Shown in pieces: positions 10,553 through 20,500 of a stretch of 64,000 nucleotides of DNA. Below the pieces are notes generated by a model. It was not told where the DNA came from and searched no databases. It worked only from the letters and a program-made list of their open reading frames with translations. The stretch is from Candidatus Bathyarchaeia archaeon (GTDB lineage: Archaea; Thermoproteota; Bathyarchaeia; Bathyarchaeales; Bathycorpusculaceae): NCBI GenBank assembly GCA_050010515.1, contig JBEKKX010000013.1, positions 32,001 through 96,000 on the forward strand, written 5' to 3'. The position numbers were made by a program, and so were the translations under genes. Every line of letters starts with the position of its first letter. The stretch's first letter is position 1.

Positions 10553-11650
10553 ATGACTGAAACCGAGAAACGAAAAGCAGAACACATAAAAATCTGCTTG
10601 GAACAAAAAGCCCAAGCACGAAAAGCCACCACAGGCTTCGAAGACATCCAACTGGTCCACCGAGCCCTGCCAGAAGTTGACAGACAAAAAATCAGCCTAT
10701 CAGCATCTTTCTTAGGCAAAAAACTCTCCGCACCCTTAATTGTTGGCGCCATGACTGGCGGGACAGAAGAAGCAACAAAAATAAATGCTTCAATTGCCGG
10801 AGCAGTGGAAAAACTTGGTTTAGGCATGGGTGTGGGAAGCCAAAGAGCAGCCATCGAAGACCAAAAACTTGAGAAGACCTATTCGATAGCACGCAAAAAA
10901 GCGCCAACCGCCTTTTTAATCGCCAACATAGGCGGAGTACAACTTGTTCACGGATACACCTTAAAAGAAGTCAAGAAAGCCGTGGAAATGATAGATGCTG
11001 ACGTAGTTGCTGTACATCTTAACGCGGTGCAGGAAGCACTTCAGCCTGAAGGACAAACCAACTTCAAAGGCGTCTTAGCCAAAATCAGCGAGATCGCAGG
11101 TGAACTTGACATGCCTGTGATTGTTAAAGAAACCGGCTGCGGCATTTCAGCGGAAGATGCAAAAGCGCTTGAAGCTGCAGGCGTAAAAGCCATCGACATC
11201 GGCGGTGTCGGCGGAACAAGTTTTGCAGCAGTTGAATATTACCGTTCAACAAGCCCAAACAACATGGGTGAAGCTTTCTGGGACTGGGGCATCCCCACAG
11301 CCGTAAGCCTCATCGAAACAACTCAGACCGTGAAGATTCCAGTGATTGCTTCCGGCGGAGTACGAAGCGGCTTAGACATAGCTAAATCTTTAGCGTTAAA
11401 CGCAAGTTTAGCCAGTGTTTCTCAGCCTGTGCTTGAAGCTGCAGTTAAAGGGGCAAAGAAAACTGAAAAATTGCTTTCTTGTTTAATTGATGAGTTGCGT
11501 AATGTTATGTTTCTTGTGGGCGCTGAGAACCTTGAATCCTTAGCGAAAGTGCCTGTGGTGGTTGCTGGTAAAACTGCGGAGTGGCTGAACATCAGAGGTT
11601 TCGACACGGTGAAGTATGCGCAGAGGAGCACGTTAACATTTGAATATTGA
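10553..11650 (+). CDS. fni: Type 2 (FMN-dependent) isopentenyl-diphosphate delta-isomerase
   Basis: RKAEHI, AMTGG, GVGSQR, QPEG and KETGCG motifs. Confidence 0.95.
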   Translation: MTETEKRKAEHIKICLEQKAQARKATTGFEDIQLVHRALPEVDRQKISLSASFLGKKLSAPLIVGAMTGGTEEATKINASIAGAVEKLGLGMGVGSQRAAIEDQKLEKTYSIARKKAPTAFLIANIGGVQLVHGYTLKEVKKAVEMIDADVVAVHLNAVQEALQPEGQTNFKGVLAKISEIAGELDMPVIVKETGCGISAEDAKALEAAGVKAIDIGGVGGTSFAAVEYYRSTSPNNMGEAFWDWGIPTAVSLIETTQTVKIPVIASGGVRSGLDIAKSLALNASLASVSQPVLEAAVKGAKKTEKLLSCLIDELRNVMFLVGAENLESLAKVPVVVAGKTAEWLNIRGFDTVKYAQRSTLTFEY

Positions 11651-12710
11651 AAAGTTTCTTGAAGAAAAAGCACCCTTAATCGACAAAGCTATTGAAAAGT
11701 ACATTCCGCGAAACTTCAGCAAAGACGCGGTTCTTTTCAAGGTTAATCCGCCAATGTACAGTTACAACTTAGAGCCCTTAAACAAAGCAGTTGCAGAGCC
11801 CATCTGGGACATGCTGGACCGTGGTGGAAAAAGGTGGCGCCCAGCGCTTTTTTTGCTGATTTGCGAAGCGTTAGGTAAAGGCTCCGATTGCTGTTTAGAC
11901 TTCTCCATTATCCCCGAAGTTATCCATAACGGAACGCTGATTATCGACGACATTGAAGATTCCTCAAAACTGCGTCGAGGCAAGCCGTGCACATACAAAA
12001 TCTTCCAAATTGACATCGCTGTTAACGCTGGAAACGCGATGTATTATCTGCCGCTTCTTCCGTTAATGGCGCAAAAAGCAAAGCTTACACCTGAAATGCA
12101 ACGGGACATTTATGAGGTTTACGTGCAGGAAATGATTAACCTCAGCATGGGGCAAGCCATGGACATTGCGTGGCACAGGGGCATCGCAAACGCGGACAAG
12201 TTAGGCGAAGAGGATTACTTGCAGATGTGCGCTTACAAAACAGGCACTCTCGCCCGTATGGCAGCCAAAATAGCGGCTGTGCTAGTAGGCGCCAACAAGC
12301 CACTGGTGGAAAAACTTGGACGTTTCGCTGAAAGTATAGGTGTTGCCTTCCAAATGCAGGATGATATTTTGGATGTAACTGGAGTGGAGTTCGCCAAGAA
12401 GAAAGGCGGCGTTGGGCAAGATATTACTGAGGGCAAAAGAAGCTTAATGGTTATTTATACGCTGAAAAAGGCGAATAGCGCTGACAAGAAGCGGCTTATC
12501 GAAATTCTCAATATGCACACTTCCGACCAAGCCTTAAGAGATGAGGCAATAGCCTTAATGCAGAAATACAATGCCGTAGAACATGTTAAGCATACAGCAG
12601 AGCGGATTGTCGAAGAAAGCTGGAGTGAAGCTGAAAAGCTTTTACCGACACCTGAAGCTAAGGAAAAATTAAAACAGTTCGCCGAATTCTTGATTAAAAG
12701 AAACAAGTAA
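11640..12710 (+). CDS. Trans-polyprenyl diphosphate synthase (GGPP synthase-like)
   Basis: GGKRWRP, FARM DDIED, RRG, GQAMD, KT and SARM DDILD. Confidence 0.92.
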   Translation: MNIEKFLEEKAPLIDKAIEKYIPRNFSKDAVLFKVNPPMYSYNLEPLNKAVAEPIWDMLDRGGKRWRPALFLLICEALGKGSDCCLDFSIIPEVIHNGTLIIDDIEDSSKLRRGKPCTYKIFQIDIAVNAGNAMYYLPLLPLMAQKAKLTPEMQRDIYEVYVQEMINLSMGQAMDIAWHRGIANADKLGEEDYLQMCAYKTGTLARMAAKIAAVLVGANKPLVEKLGRFAESIGVAFQMQDDILDVTGVEFAKKKGGVGQDITEGKRSLMVIYTLKKANSADKKRLIEILNMHTSDQALRDEAIALMQKYNAVEHVKHTAERIVEESWSEAEKLLPTPEAKEKLKQFAEFLIKRNK

Positions 12711-12732
12711 CATTTCAGCGAGCGTAAAAAAT

Positions 12733-14484
12733 TTGGCACTTGAAAATGACACTGAACTTAAAGAGCTTATTCGCAGAGCTGCACTGCTTAATGCGGTTTC
12801 GCATGATGGCAAAGCTCAAGCAGGCGCCATGGTAGGTAAAATTCTCGGCGAAAGACAAGACCTGCGAACCAAGGTAAAAGAGCTTTCAAGCATAATCAGC
12901 ACAATCGTAAATGAAGTAAACAGCCTCTCCATTGCAGAGCAAAAAGTTATTGTGGAGAAAAATTGGCCTGAAACCCAGAAGAAAGAGAAGGCTGAAGAAA
13001 AACGACTTTCACCATTGCCTAACGCGGATAAGTATTCTCAGATAGTGACGCGGTTCTCTCCTAACCCTGACTGTGTTTTGCATTTGGGTTCAGCAAGAGC
13101 CATAATCCTGAGCCACGAGTACGCCCGCATGTACAACGGAAAATTCATTTTGCGCTTCGAAGACACAGACCCAAAAGTGAAAAGGCCGTCGCTGATATTT
13201 TATGATAGCATCCGGCAGGATTTGAAGTGGCTAGGCTGCAAAGTTGACGAGGAATACATCCAAAGCGACCGATTGCCAATTTACTACGATTACACCGAGC
13301 GGCTAATACGGGATGGAAACGCGTATGTTTGCGAGTGCCCGCCTGAAGAGTTCAAGAAAAAAACCTTAGCTAAAGAACTCTGCCCATGCCGAATCCTTTC
13401 AGCAGCTGAGAACTTGGAACGCTGGAACCGCATGCTAAGTGCCGGTTACACGGAAGGGCAAGCAGTAGTTCGCGTTAAAACTGAACTGGGGCATCCGAAC
13501 CCAGCGGTCAGAGACTGGCCAGCCCTAAGGATTATTGATACAAAGAAGTATCCGCATCCACGGGTTGGAAGCAAATACATCGTTTGGCCCCTCTACAATT
13601 TAGCCGCCGGCTTAGACGACCATTTAATGGGCATGACACACATCATCCGCGGCAAAGAACACTATACAAACATGGTTCGCCAAAAGTACATGTATGAACA
13701 TTTAGGCTGGAAGTACCCCGAAGCCATACACTACGGCAGACTAAAAATCACAGGCACTTTCCTAAGCAAATCAAAAATTATTCAAGGAATAAAAGAAGGC
13801 ATCTACGCAGGCTTTGACGACCCACGCCTAGGCACATTTGCTGCACTTAGAAGACGGGGAATCACGCCTGAAGCCATCAAGAAAATGATAATCGATGTAG
13901 GAACAAAATCAAACGATGTAACCTTGAGCTGGGAAAACCTGTACTCGTACAACCGCAAAATCCTTGACGCCACAAGCAACAGGTACTTCTTCGTGCCCGA
14001 GCCTGTGGAACTAAAAGTTTTGAGGGTGCCGAAAACTTTCCATGCCAAACTTCCTTTGCATCCGGACAAGCCTGAGCGGGGGTTTAGGGAATACACGGTG
14101 ACTCCGGAAGATGAAGAGAAAACGGTAATTTTTTTGGTTTCAAGAAAAGATGCTGAAGCGACGGAGCCAGAAAAAGTAGTTAGGCTCATGGAACTCTTCA
14201 ACGTCAAAATCGACAGCAAAACAGGCAACTCGGCGACTGCAACATTCTCAAGCGAATCCTACGAGGACGTTAGAAAAATTAAAGCCCAGCTTATCCAGTG
14301 GATACCGAAAGGCGAGGAGTTTCCATGCCAAGTGGTTATGCCAGATGCCTCAGTGACCGAGGGTTTTGCTGAGAGTGCCTGCAAAAAGTTAAAGCCAGAC
14401 GCTATAATACAGTTTGAACGCTTTGGATTCACACGCATAGATGAAGTAAACCAGAAACTAATAGCTTATTACGCTCACAAATAA
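12733..14484 (+). CDS. gltX: Glutamyl-tRNA synthetase (archaeal type)
   Basis: TRFSPNP..HLGS, LRFEDTDP and LSKS motifs. Confidence 0.96.
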   Translation: MALENDTELKELIRRAALLNAVSHDGKAQAGAMVGKILGERQDLRTKVKELSSIISTIVNEVNSLSIAEQKVIVEKNWPETQKKEKAEEKRLSPLPNADKYSQIVTRFSPNPDCVLHLGSARAIILSHEYARMYNGKFILRFEDTDPKVKRPSLIFYDSIRQDLKWLGCKVDEEYIQSDRLPIYYDYTERLIRDGNAYVCECPPEEFKKKTLAKELCPCRILSAAENLERWNRMLSAGYTEGQAVVRVKTELGHPNPAVRDWPALRIIDTKKYPHPRVGSKYIVWPLYNLAAGLDDHLMGMTHIIRGKEHYTNMVRQKYMYEHLGWKYPEAIHYGRLKITGTFLSKSKIIQGIKEGIYAGFDDPRLGTFAALRRRGITPEAIKKMIIDVGTKSNDVTLSWENLYSYNRKILDATSNRYFFVPEPVELKVLRVPKTFHAKLPLHPDKPERGFREYTVTPEDEEKTVIFLVSRKDAEATEPEKVVRLMELFNVKIDSKTGNSATATFSSESYEDVRKIKAQLIQWIPKGEEFPCQVVMPDASVTEGFAESACKKLKPDAIIQFERFGFTRIDEVNQKLIAYYAHK

Positions 14485-14497
14485 GAGATGAATAAAC

Positions 14498-14800
14498 ATG
14501 AAAAAACTCGATAAAGCAATAATTTGGCCAATCTACTTCGACGCTTCTAAAACTAGAAAAAAAGGACGCCGAGTCCCAAAAAACTTGGCCGTGCAATCCC
14601 CAAAAATCGCCGAACTTAAAGAAGCAGTTGACAAATTAGGCCTGAAAAACGAAGTTAACCTTGAGGCTCATTTTCCCAAAATGCATTGGGCTAAGACTGG
14701 AATGTTGCTTGTTGAAAAGAAAGAAGCAAAAGAAAAGATAATACAGAAAATTGCAAAACAATTAGTGAAGATTAAAAGCGTGCCTGCAAAACCGCAGTAA
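14498..14800 (+). CDS. srp19: Signal recognition particle 19 kDa protein
   Basis: IIWPIYFD..KTRKKGRRVPK motif. Confidence 0.95.
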   Translation: MKKLDKAIIWPIYFDASKTRKKGRRVPKNLAVQSPKIAELKEAVDKLGLKNEVNLEAHFPKMHWAKTGMLLVEKKEAKEKIIQKIAKQLVKIKSVPAKPQ

Positions 14801-14803
14801 AGT

Positions 14804-15199
14804 TTAGCTTTTCTCTTTAGCAGCCATTAAAACAGCGTTAATTATGCCGTCGTTGCCTGGGCGACTGGTAACTTTTGCAAGCCCCAACGTGGTTTCTATT
14901 TCTGCACCTTTAGTTATTACGCCTCTGCGGTTATAATCAACGTTAGCGCCGTTTCTAACGACTCGGGTGATTTCGGTTTTTTGTGTTTTGCCGCTTTTAG
15001 GATCGGTTACTGAAGCGTATTTATCGCTTAAAACTTTGACCTTTGTGTTGCCGCCTAAGCCTCTGGAAATTTTCCTTCTGGGTTCACCGAGAATTGTTTC
15101 TGCAGGATACCCACCTTGCTCATACTTTTTCTTTGATCTGTAAGCTCTTTTTTTGCCGCCTGTGAGTTTTCTTTTGCGTAAACTGCTATGCCAAGACAT
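14804..15199 (-). CDS. rps8e: 30S ribosomal protein S8e
   Basis: KRKLTGG, RRGVITKGA and VTSRPG.DG motifs. Confidence 0.97.
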   Translation of the reverse strand: MSWHSSLRKRKLTGGKKRAYRSKKKYEQGGYPAETILGEPRRKISRGLGGNTKVKVLSDKYASVTDPKSGKTQKTEITRVVRNGANVDYNRRGVITKGAEIETTLGLAKVTSRPGNDGIINAVLMAAKEKS

Positions 15200-15393
15200 A
15201 ATCTACATTTCCCTTTTACGAATATCTAATTCGAGTAGTCAGTAAAACCGTTAATTTCCATATAAACATATCCGTTTTAAGTTTGTTCTCTTTAGCGAAA
15301 ATAATCGCTTCTTACTTCTTTTTGTTAAGAAGTTCTCTAAAGTGTTATTTAAAGAGGCGTTGGCAAGTTTTATTATGCTGATGTGGGATACTT

Positions 15394-15651
15394 ATGTTGA
15401 AAAACATGTCAACATCAAGGGTTGACCAAAGATACAGAATAGTTATTGATAAAAAAACTAGAGCAAAAACTCACATTAAAGCAGGAGACGTAGTTGTCAT
15501 TGAGCCGATTGATGACCACAGCTTCAAAGTAAATGTTTTAGACTTCACATCAGAAAAACTTGAGGACGATCCAGCATGGCAAGTTATTCATAAACCAGCC
15601 AAAATCAGAAAGTACATTCCTCCAGAAAAACTCGAAGAGACAATGGAGTAA
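15394..15651 (+). CDS. AbrB/MazE-family protein (orphan antitoxin-like)
   Basis: SRVDQRYRIVIDKKTR..IKAGD swapped-hairpin pattern; no toxin gene follows. Confidence 0.75.
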   Translation: MLKNMSTSRVDQRYRIVIDKKTRAKTHIKAGDVVVIEPIDDHSFKVNVLDFTSEKLEDDPAWQVIHKPAKIRKYIPPEKLEETME

Positions 15652-15709
15652 ACGATTTAGCCACAACAGAAAAGCGAGCGCCTCGAAAAGTTTTGATTCC
15701 GTGTAACTT

Positions 15710-15948
15710 TCAGCTTATTTTAGAAAGCAGAAGCTTTGCGGTTTCTTTCTTAGATTTTGCGAGCTCCATGAAAGCGTTTAGAAGCCCTTTCTTTGAGGCA
15801 TCAAGAATTTCAAGTGAAACAAGCTTGCCCGATTTGTCGCAGCCTACAATTACGTCATTGTCAAGCAATTCTTCATCAGCTAATGCACTTCTTTGACCTT
15901 AACAGTAAGAACATCAGCTTCAGAATCATACTTTATTATCAAAGCCAT
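15710..15948 (-). pseudogene. DUF2283-family antitoxin-like gene, frameshifted
   Basis: MALIIKYDSEADVLTVKVKE, then a frameshift near 15886, then ALADEELLDNDVIVGCDKSGKLVSLEILDASK...; 239-nt span is one base short of in-frame. Confidence 0.8.
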
Positions 15949-16187
15949 CTTCCTGACCGCTTCCTTTTCAAAATGACACGCTCAAGATTACTGCTATAGA
16001 TCGCCGTTATTATAAATATATCCTCAACCTTTGGCTCGTAGATTACAGCTAAATTACGGTTTAATCTAATTGCAATGTTTCGACCATTCTCAGAATCAAA
16101 TAAGACCTCATCGGGCTTGAAAACTATGTCCTCCAATACTTCTTTTGTTATGCCCAACTGAGAGTTCTTTGTCAAACTTATCTTCAA
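15939..16187 (-). CDS. DUF4258-like (RelE-fold) protein, possibly degenerate
   Basis: GITKEVLEDIVFKPD...LAVIYE...IITA pattern; overlaps DUF2283 start; usual N-terminal HA..R segment appears missing. Confidence 0.65.
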   Translation of the reverse strand: MKISLTKNSQLGITKEVLEDIVFKPDEVLFDSENGRNIAIRLNRNLAVIYEPKVEDIFIITAIYSSNLERVILKRKRSGRWL

Positions 16188-16299
16188 TATGCTTGCTCCA
16201 TCTCACGTTCAACTTTGACAAAACCAATTAGCTCCATGTCTTTTATGTTGTACGTTTTATCTTCTATTTAAAATTTGTAATTTTACGCTGCTTTCGCAT

Positions 16300-16899
16300 T
16301 TATGTTTCTTGATAGTCCTTTAATGCGTCGCCGAAAATACGTTTTAACTCTTTCTTCATAATGCTCGCATCATGCGTTAACCCGAAGTAATCCGCAAAAT
16401 AATCAGTAGTCTTTAAAGACATTGAACGCCCGCTTCTTTCAGCCGCAATCAACCCCATATCCTTCAGCAGTTTCACGTGACCGTAAGCGTGTTGTCCCCT
16501 GACATCAATCACGCGTTTCTGAGAAACAGGCTGTCGGTAAGCGATGTAAGAGAGCGTTTTTAAGGGTCCGGAAGACAGCAGAGGTCTGTTCACAAGTTTC
16601 TTAATCAACGGTGTGAAGTCTGCTTTTACCTGCAGGACGTAACGTTCATCTTTTAACGCCAAAATTTCAAGCGCCGTGTTCCTTGCAGCATATTCTTGTA
16701 TTAGCGTGTCAGCGTATTTTTGGGCTTTCTTTTTTGAGCGGCTGCCTATGACTTGGCATAACTCGTTGAGGTCTAATGGGCGACCAGCCACGTACAGTGC
16801 AGCCTCTAACAGTGCTAAGCAATGAGCTTTCCGTTCGGCATCCTGCGCTTGCTCTGCATCAGGGTTTGAATTATCTGTTTGTTCCTTCGGCTTTTCCAA
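16300..16899 (-). CDS. scpB: Segregation and condensation protein B
   Basis: LEAALY, TLSYIAYRQP, RG and TT..F..YFGL motifs. Confidence 0.95.
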   Translation of the reverse strand: MEKPKEQTDNSNPDAEQAQDAERKAHCLALLEAALYVAGRPLDLNELCQVIGSRSKKKAQKYADTLIQEYAARNTALEILALKDERYVLQVKADFTPLIKKLVNRPLLSSGPLKTLSYIAYRQPVSQKRVIDVRGQHAYGHVKLLKDMGLIAAERSGRSMSLKTTDYFADYFGLTHDASIMKKELKRIFGDALKDYQET

Positions 16900-17575
16900 C
16901 GTTCAGTTCCCCCACGGCAATGTATAGTTCTTCTGTTTCTTCGTTCTGCCATAAACTTACTTTGTCATCCTGTGCTAAAAACAAGAGGTAAATAAACATT
17001 CTTAATGCTTCAATTCTAGTTGCATCTTTCGATAAGGTTGAGAAATCGATTATGCCTACACCCTTTACTTTCTCGCATAAAATTGCGTACAGCGTATCAA
17101 CCTGCAACTCAAGATCAGCGATAAACTTGTCAAACTGCGGCATCAAATCTGAAACCGATGGAAGAACAGGATGCTGCTCAACAACATGGTCAAGATGAAG
17201 CATTTTTTCACCCTTCAACACGTCGTCTAGGACTTCAAGCAAATGCTGAATGGTTGTTGAGGTTAACTCATGCCTCAATGGCAAGAACAAGGGTGGTGGA
17301 ACAAAATCCTGCGGACCTTTAGGCGGCAGGGGCGCCTCTTGCAAGGTAAGCAGCAGTTTAGACTTCATTAAGTAAATTAAAGCGGAAGAATCCAATGCGA
17401 CGCCTGAGGCTCGGAAATCAACCTTGTCTGTCCTCTCCATTTCAGTGAGAAAAGACCGTAGAAGGTAAGCTATGTTAACGTTCCACGGAGTAAGCTTCTC
17501 AAGTTTGTTTAATTCAAACAGTATGTTCCACGGCGGTCGAAGGTAAAAGGGCCTTCTGATTGGCGTTGTGGACAT
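16871..17575 (-). CDS. scpA: Segregation and condensation protein A (kleisin)
   Basis: PWNVNI, DFRASG..L..KS and FIYLLFLA motifs; between smc and scpB. Confidence 0.9.
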   Translation of the reverse strand: MSTTPIRRPFYLRPPWNILFELNKLEKLTPWNVNIAYLLRSFLTEMERTDKVDFRASGVALDSSALIYLMKSKLLLTLQEAPLPPKGPQDFVPPPLFLPLRHELTSTTIQHLLEVLDDVLKGEKMLHLDHVVEQHPVLPSVSDLMPQFDKFIADLELQVDTLYAILCEKVKGVGIIDFSTLSKDATRIEALRMFIYLLFLAQDDKVSLWQNEETEELYIAVGELNVGKAEGTNR

Positions 17576-20500
17576 TTAGCTCGGTGCCTCCGCTGGGAAC
17601 TTGGCGGTCACAACATTGGAGACTCCATTGAGTTCATAGACTCCATAGACTTTCTGTGCTTTGTTAACTATTTCAGGCCGCAGGCTGATTACGATAAACT
17701 GGATTTTTCCAGCTTCCTCAAGCAGCACTTCTGCAAGCTTTGCAGCATGGAAGGCATCTAAGTGCGCATCAACCTCGTCAAGAATGTAGAATGATGCAGG
17801 CGTAAACTCTTTTAGTGAAAATATGAAGCTGACTGCTGAAACTGAACGTTCGCCACCGCTTGCCCCACTCACAATAATCGCGGGCTTATTTGGGAACTGC
17901 ACAACCATGTCTATGCCGCCAGCGAAGGGTTCATCAGGATTTTCAAGTTTTAACGTGGCTTCTCCTCCGCCAGTTAGTTTGGAAAAGTAAACTTTCATGC
18001 TGCTGTTGATTTTTTCGAAAGCGGTCATGAAAACCTTGCGTTTTTTAGCTTCAATATCATCCATGAACTGTACAATGGCTTGTTTTTCTCTTTCCAACTC
18101 ATTTAAGCGAACAGATAATTCTCTGTACCGTGAAATCTGGTCTGAGTAATGGGAAAGGGCAAGCTGGTTTATGGCGCCTATTCTCTCAAGTTCAAACTGC
18201 ATCATGCGAATGGTTGTTTCTGCTTCCTCAACCTGCTTCTGGCTTGTTTCTAAAGATTGTTCATAGCCAAACTGGCGAAGTTGGCTTTGAAGTTGCTGAA
18301 GACGAAGTTGGCTAGTTTCCATGCCCAGTTGCAGCTGGTTCAGAAGCCTTTCGGCCTGTTCATATTCTGAATCAAGCAACCGTACCTCAGCATCAATAAC
18401 ATCTATTTGTGAAGTGAACTTTTTGGATTCTTCACGTGCAGAAAAAACAGCATTTGAAAGTTCCACACGGCTTTTTTCTTGCTCATCTAGTTCTTTCCTG
18501 ATTGATTCGCGTTCCGCTTGCGCTTCAGCAACTTCTTTCTCTATTTTTCTTTGCTGTTGCTCAACCTTAGCTATCTGTATCTTGATATTTTTATAGCCGT
18601 TTCTAAGGACTCTGTCAAATTGTGATTGGTAGGTTGAAATTTCCGTTTGAGTAGAGCCTGAGTTTTGGCGAAGCGTATTTACTTCTTCCCCGAGTTTTTC
18701 CCGTTGAACCTCGAGCTCTTGAATGTGTGTCACATCAGTTTTCAATCTTAAATTGGCTATGTCTGTATGCAGTTTCTGGAGCGCTTTTTGGATAGAATTC
18801 CGCTCATTCATGTACATGCTCATGCGGCCTTTGTAAGCTGCAGCTTCGCGGTCAAGTTTGCCGCCGTATTTTTCCGTATGCCGAATGTTGAATTGTGTTC
18901 TTTTAACGCCTCGTTTAATTCTCACTATTTCCCTGTCTAAAGTGGAGATGAATTCTGAAAGCCGTGTAATTTCAATTTTACTTCGCTCAATTTCTTCTTC
19001 AAGACCAGTAATGTCAGTTCCTCTTTGAGTGAGGTGCGTCTGGAGAGCGTTTACTGCTTCGTCTAAACTTTTTAATGCATTTTCGCTTGGAATAATTGTT
19101 GAAAAATCTATTGGCGCACGGTAATAGCCGCTTTCAAAAGCACCCGGCTCATACAAGTCACCGTTAACTGTAACTGCGCGGTAGCCTTCATTTGAAAGGG
19201 CAAAGGCTGCTTTATCGTTTGAGACAACTACTGTGTCTCCGAAAACATAGTTAACAGCCATCTCAAAGGTGCTTTCATATGTCATGAAGCTTGAAAGGGC
19301 GCCTACTACGCCGTCTCGGCTGGGCGTTTCCTTGTTTTTAAGGTTGATTGCGCCTTGCAGCGGAATAATTTTTATTCTGCCCAGTTTCATGCGCCTAAGC
19401 GTTTCGGTACATGTGAAAGCTGAATCTATGTTTGCTACAACTAAAGCATCAAGCCAACCTGTTGCCGCTGCTTCTATGGCTTTCTTGTAGTTTTTATCGA
19501 TTTTTATTAGGTTGCGTAGTCTGCCGTGGATACCTGTTATTGCGCCGACAATGCCCATTTCCTCTATGCTTCTTAGAGCTCTTTCTTCAGCAGCTATGGT
19601 TGCGGCAAGGTCTCTTTGAGTAGCAAATTCAATTACGGCGTCTTTAGCTGAACTAGCTATTCTTTCTGCTTCCGTGATTTCTTTTTCAACGGTTTCTTTT
19701 TGAATTTTTTTGCGTTCGATGGTGTGTTCAAGATTTTTAAACTGGTTTTTCTGGTCCTTTTGAACCTGCTCCAGCTCAGATAGTGACTTTTCGATTTCGA
19801 GTAGGCTAGTGAGAAATCTTTCTTTTCGCACGTTTAAGTTTTTGATTCTCCCAGTGCAGAGCCTCAGTGCCGATTTGTCTTTTGTGTATTCTGAGCGTAA
19901 ATACGCAAGTCGTTTAACATTATTTGCGATTTCGGCTTCCATCGCTCGTATTTGCTGGTTGTTATCGCCGAGTCCTTCCCAAAGCTGGGCGGTTTCTTTT
20001 GCCAGCGCATCGTGTTCCAACTCTTTTTGTGCCATTTGGTCATTGATTTTTTCATGTTGACTGCGGAAAACTCGGATTTTTAAACGGTTTTCCCGTATCT
20101 CGTTTCTTATACTTTCTTGCTGATCAAGATTGTTTTCTCTTACGCGCTTTAAGCTTTCAAAGCTAGCTTGCCCAGAACTTATTTTTGTTGATAACTCAGT
20201 TAGTTTAGATTTTAGCTCGCCAATAGTTATTTGAACCTTAAGAACTTCTGAACCGCCTTCTTCAAGGTTTTCGCCGCTGAGTTTTCGCCATTCGCTTTCA
20301 ATACCATGCCGTTTTGATCTGCGCAAGTCACGTTGCTCTTTTAATTTGTCAACTCTGGCTTTAACTTTTTCAGTTTGGCTAGTTGCTTCATTAATTTTAC
20401 TGTTTAATTGCGTTATGTCGTTTGAGATTTTAACTGCTTGGAACTTTTTAGTTTCACTCTGGATGAAATTATAGCGTAAAAGTTGATTGCGTTCACGTTC

